The translations under genes and the position numbers were made by a program. A model generated the notes under the pieces. That model saw only the letters and a list, made by a program, of their open reading frames with translations. It did not search any database and had not been told where the DNA came from. DNA of 64,000 nucleotides from Gemmatimonadales bacterium. GTDB taxonomy: Bacteria > Gemmatimonadota > Gemmatimonadetes > Gemmatimonadales > GWC2-71-9. Location: positions 1-64,000 of the forward strand of contig JBDIWC010000010.1 of assembly GCA_039794085.1 (NCBI GenBank). Reading direction: 5' to 3'. Below are positions 62,489-64,000 of this stretch, piece after piece; the stretch's first letter is position 1; each line of letters opens with the position of its first letter.

Positions 62489-64000
62489 ATGATCCGCAGC
62501 CGAAAGTGGATGGCCCTTGCCGCGGGGTTGGTGACCGCCGCCGGGGTCATTGCCCTGACCGGGCTCCTCTCCGTGCGGGATCGGACCTACGTGCGCCAGC
62601 AGCTGCGTTCGGAGGCCGAGCGCACCAGGGACGTGGTCGACGCGAAGGTCGAGGAGATGACCCGGGCCACCGAGCGGCTGGGAGAGCAGTGGATCAACCG
62701 GGCGGGGATGGCGGAACCGGAGTGGGTGGTCGAGGCGGAGGCCACCCTCCGGGATGTTCCCGGTCTCGAGGGGCTGGTGTGGCTCGACACGAACCTGGCC
62801 CCGCGCTACCGGGCCTTCCGGGCGAGCGGGGCCGGGGGAGACGACCGGATCCAGGCACTGACACCGGTGCTGCGGCGACTCGACCCGCCGGGGTCGGGAC
62901 GACCGCGCACCCTGGTGCTGCCCGCGGGAGGAGAAGGTGAGGGTGTGGTGGTGGTCCCCCTCTGTTACCTCGCCCAATGCGATGGGTACCTCGTCGGGAC
63001 CTTTTCCGCGTCCAGCGTTTTCGAGGCCGTGAGCGACAATCTCCCGGCGGGCTTCGAGGTGATCCTGCATTCGGGGGATCGGGTGATCGCCAGGCACCCG
63101 GTCCCGCGGGACTCCTCCGCGGTTGAGCGGAGGCCCGCCGATCGTTCGGTGATGAGAACCGCGCCGGCCTCCCTCGGCTGGCTTTTCACCCAGGTTCCCT
63201 CCGACGCCACCCTCACCTCGCTCCGATCCCGGCTCCCGGTCGCCGTGCTGGCCGGAGGGCTCGCCACCGCGCTCCTGCTCACCCTGGCCCTCTGGTTCGC
63301 CGCCGTGTCCGATGAACACCGCCGCGCGGCGGACGCCCACCGGACCCTGGTGCAGGAGAGCGAGCGGCGGTTCCGGGCCACCTTCGACAGCGCCTTCCAG
63401 ATGGTGTGGCTCCTCTCGCCCGAGGGGAACCTCCTCGAAGCGAACGCCACGGCCCTCGCGGGGGCGGGACCCACGGGGGAAGACCTGCGGGGCCAACCCC
63501 TCTGGGACACGCCCTGGTTTGTACCGCCCGCCGATGCCGAGAGGATGCGCGGCGCGGTCGAGGAGGCCAGGACGGGTCGGGTGGTGCGGTACGAGGATAC
63601 CCTGTCGGGGGGAGGCGGAGACGGAACCGTCCATGTTCTGGATCTGTCGATCAAGCCGATCCGGGACGCGGAGGGAGGAGTGGGCCAGGTGCTCTGCGAG
63701 GGGAGGGACATCACCCAGCGCCGCCGCGCCGAAGCGGCGATCACCGAGTTGCAGACCCTGAGCTCAATGGGGCGGATGGCGGCCCGCGTGGCCCACGAGA
63801 TCAACAACCCCCTTGCCGGGATCCGCAACTCTTTCCTCCTGGTCAAGGACGCCGTGCCACCCGATCATCCCCATTACCGCTTCGTCGGGGCGATCGAGAG
63901 GGAGATCGAACGGATCGCCGTGGTGACCCGGCAGTTGTACGAGACCTACCGGCCCGATCAGGAACTGCATGCCGCCTGTGCCGTGGGCACCGTGCTCTCC
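62489..64000 (+). CDS. 3'-partial membrane sensor histidine kinase (TM, periplasmic domain, TM, PAS, HisKA)
   Basis: ATG 62489; the PAS motifs (ESERRFRATFD, NLLEAN, EGRDITQR) and H-box VAHEINNPL lie in the same frame, which runs to the window end; absent from the ORF track because it has no stop. Confidence 0.88.
   Translation, partial: MIRSRKWMALAAGLVTAAGVIALTGLLSVRDRTYVRQQLRSEAERTRDVVDAKVEEMTRATERLGEQWINRAGMAEPEWVVEAEATLRDVPGLEGLVWLDTNLAPRYRAFRASGAGGDDRIQALTPVLRRLDPPGSGRPRTLVLPAGGEGEGVVVVPLCYLAQCDGYLVGTFSASSVFEAVSDNLPAGFEVILHSGDRVIARHPVPRDSSAVERRPADRSVMRTAPASLGWLFTQVPSDATLTSLRSRLPVAVLAGGLATALLLTLALWFAAVSDEHRRAADAHRTLVQESERRFRATFDSAFQMVWLLSPEGNLLEANATALAGAGPTGEDLRGQPLWDTPWFVPPADAERMRGAVEEARTGRVVRYEDTLSGGGGDGTVHVLDLSIKPIRDAEGGVGQVLCEGRDITQRRRAEAAITELQTLSSMGRMAARVAHEINNPLAGIRNSFLLVKDAVPPDHPHYRFVGAIEREIERIAVVTRQLYETYRPDQELHAACAVGTVLS

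Noticed and set aside
60740..64000. Integrative element at tRNA-Gly
   Set aside because: No integrase or duplicated tRNA 3' end within the window; downstream genes have host-like codon usage

Overview
High-GC bacterial chromosomal window, most consistent with Gemmatimonadota (16S sequence and gene order; inferred, not database-checked). Almost every gene is on the + strand. In order: (1) a partial secreted-type gene, hppD-hmgA, and an Ig-like/LVIVD beta-propeller gene. (2) An accessory-looking block (5.1-17.8 kb). It opens with a 7-bp tandem array, a CGTC-type palindrome and an IS30 remnant. Two tandem HTH-PTS EIIA genes follow, then a hyfB-hyfB-hyfC-hyfE-hyfF-hyfG-hyfI-like operon whose large subunit lacks the NiFe-binding Cys motifs (Ehr-type complex); the first hyfB-like gene is split at a G12 run. 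The block ends in a ~1.2-kb non-coding modular inverted-repeat region. (3) A complete rrn operon (16S-23S-5S, no ITS tRNAs), then a lower-GC orphan nuclease-like ORF and nested 9-mer palindromic repeats. (4) era, Trm112-like, an apparent Clp-N/Ca2+:H+ antiporter fusion, a pseudo-receiver GGDEF gene and a zinc-ribbon gene. (5) A ~31-kb tightly coupled housekeeping run: prfB (programmed frameshift), lysS, lolC/E, lolD, mcsA, mcsB, clpC, bamA, skp, lpxD, lpxC-fabZ, lpxA, gnnA-like, lpxB, DUF374-like, lpxK, gdh, rlmH, methyltransferase, bshC, hypothetical, murJ, uvrC, thrC, ctaA, larC, TPR. (6) tRNA-Gly(CCC), a Cys-motif hypothetical, another repeat patch and a partial PAS histidine kinase. No CRISPR array, integrase or prophage was seen. 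All product calls come from motif recognition in the translations; no searches were run.
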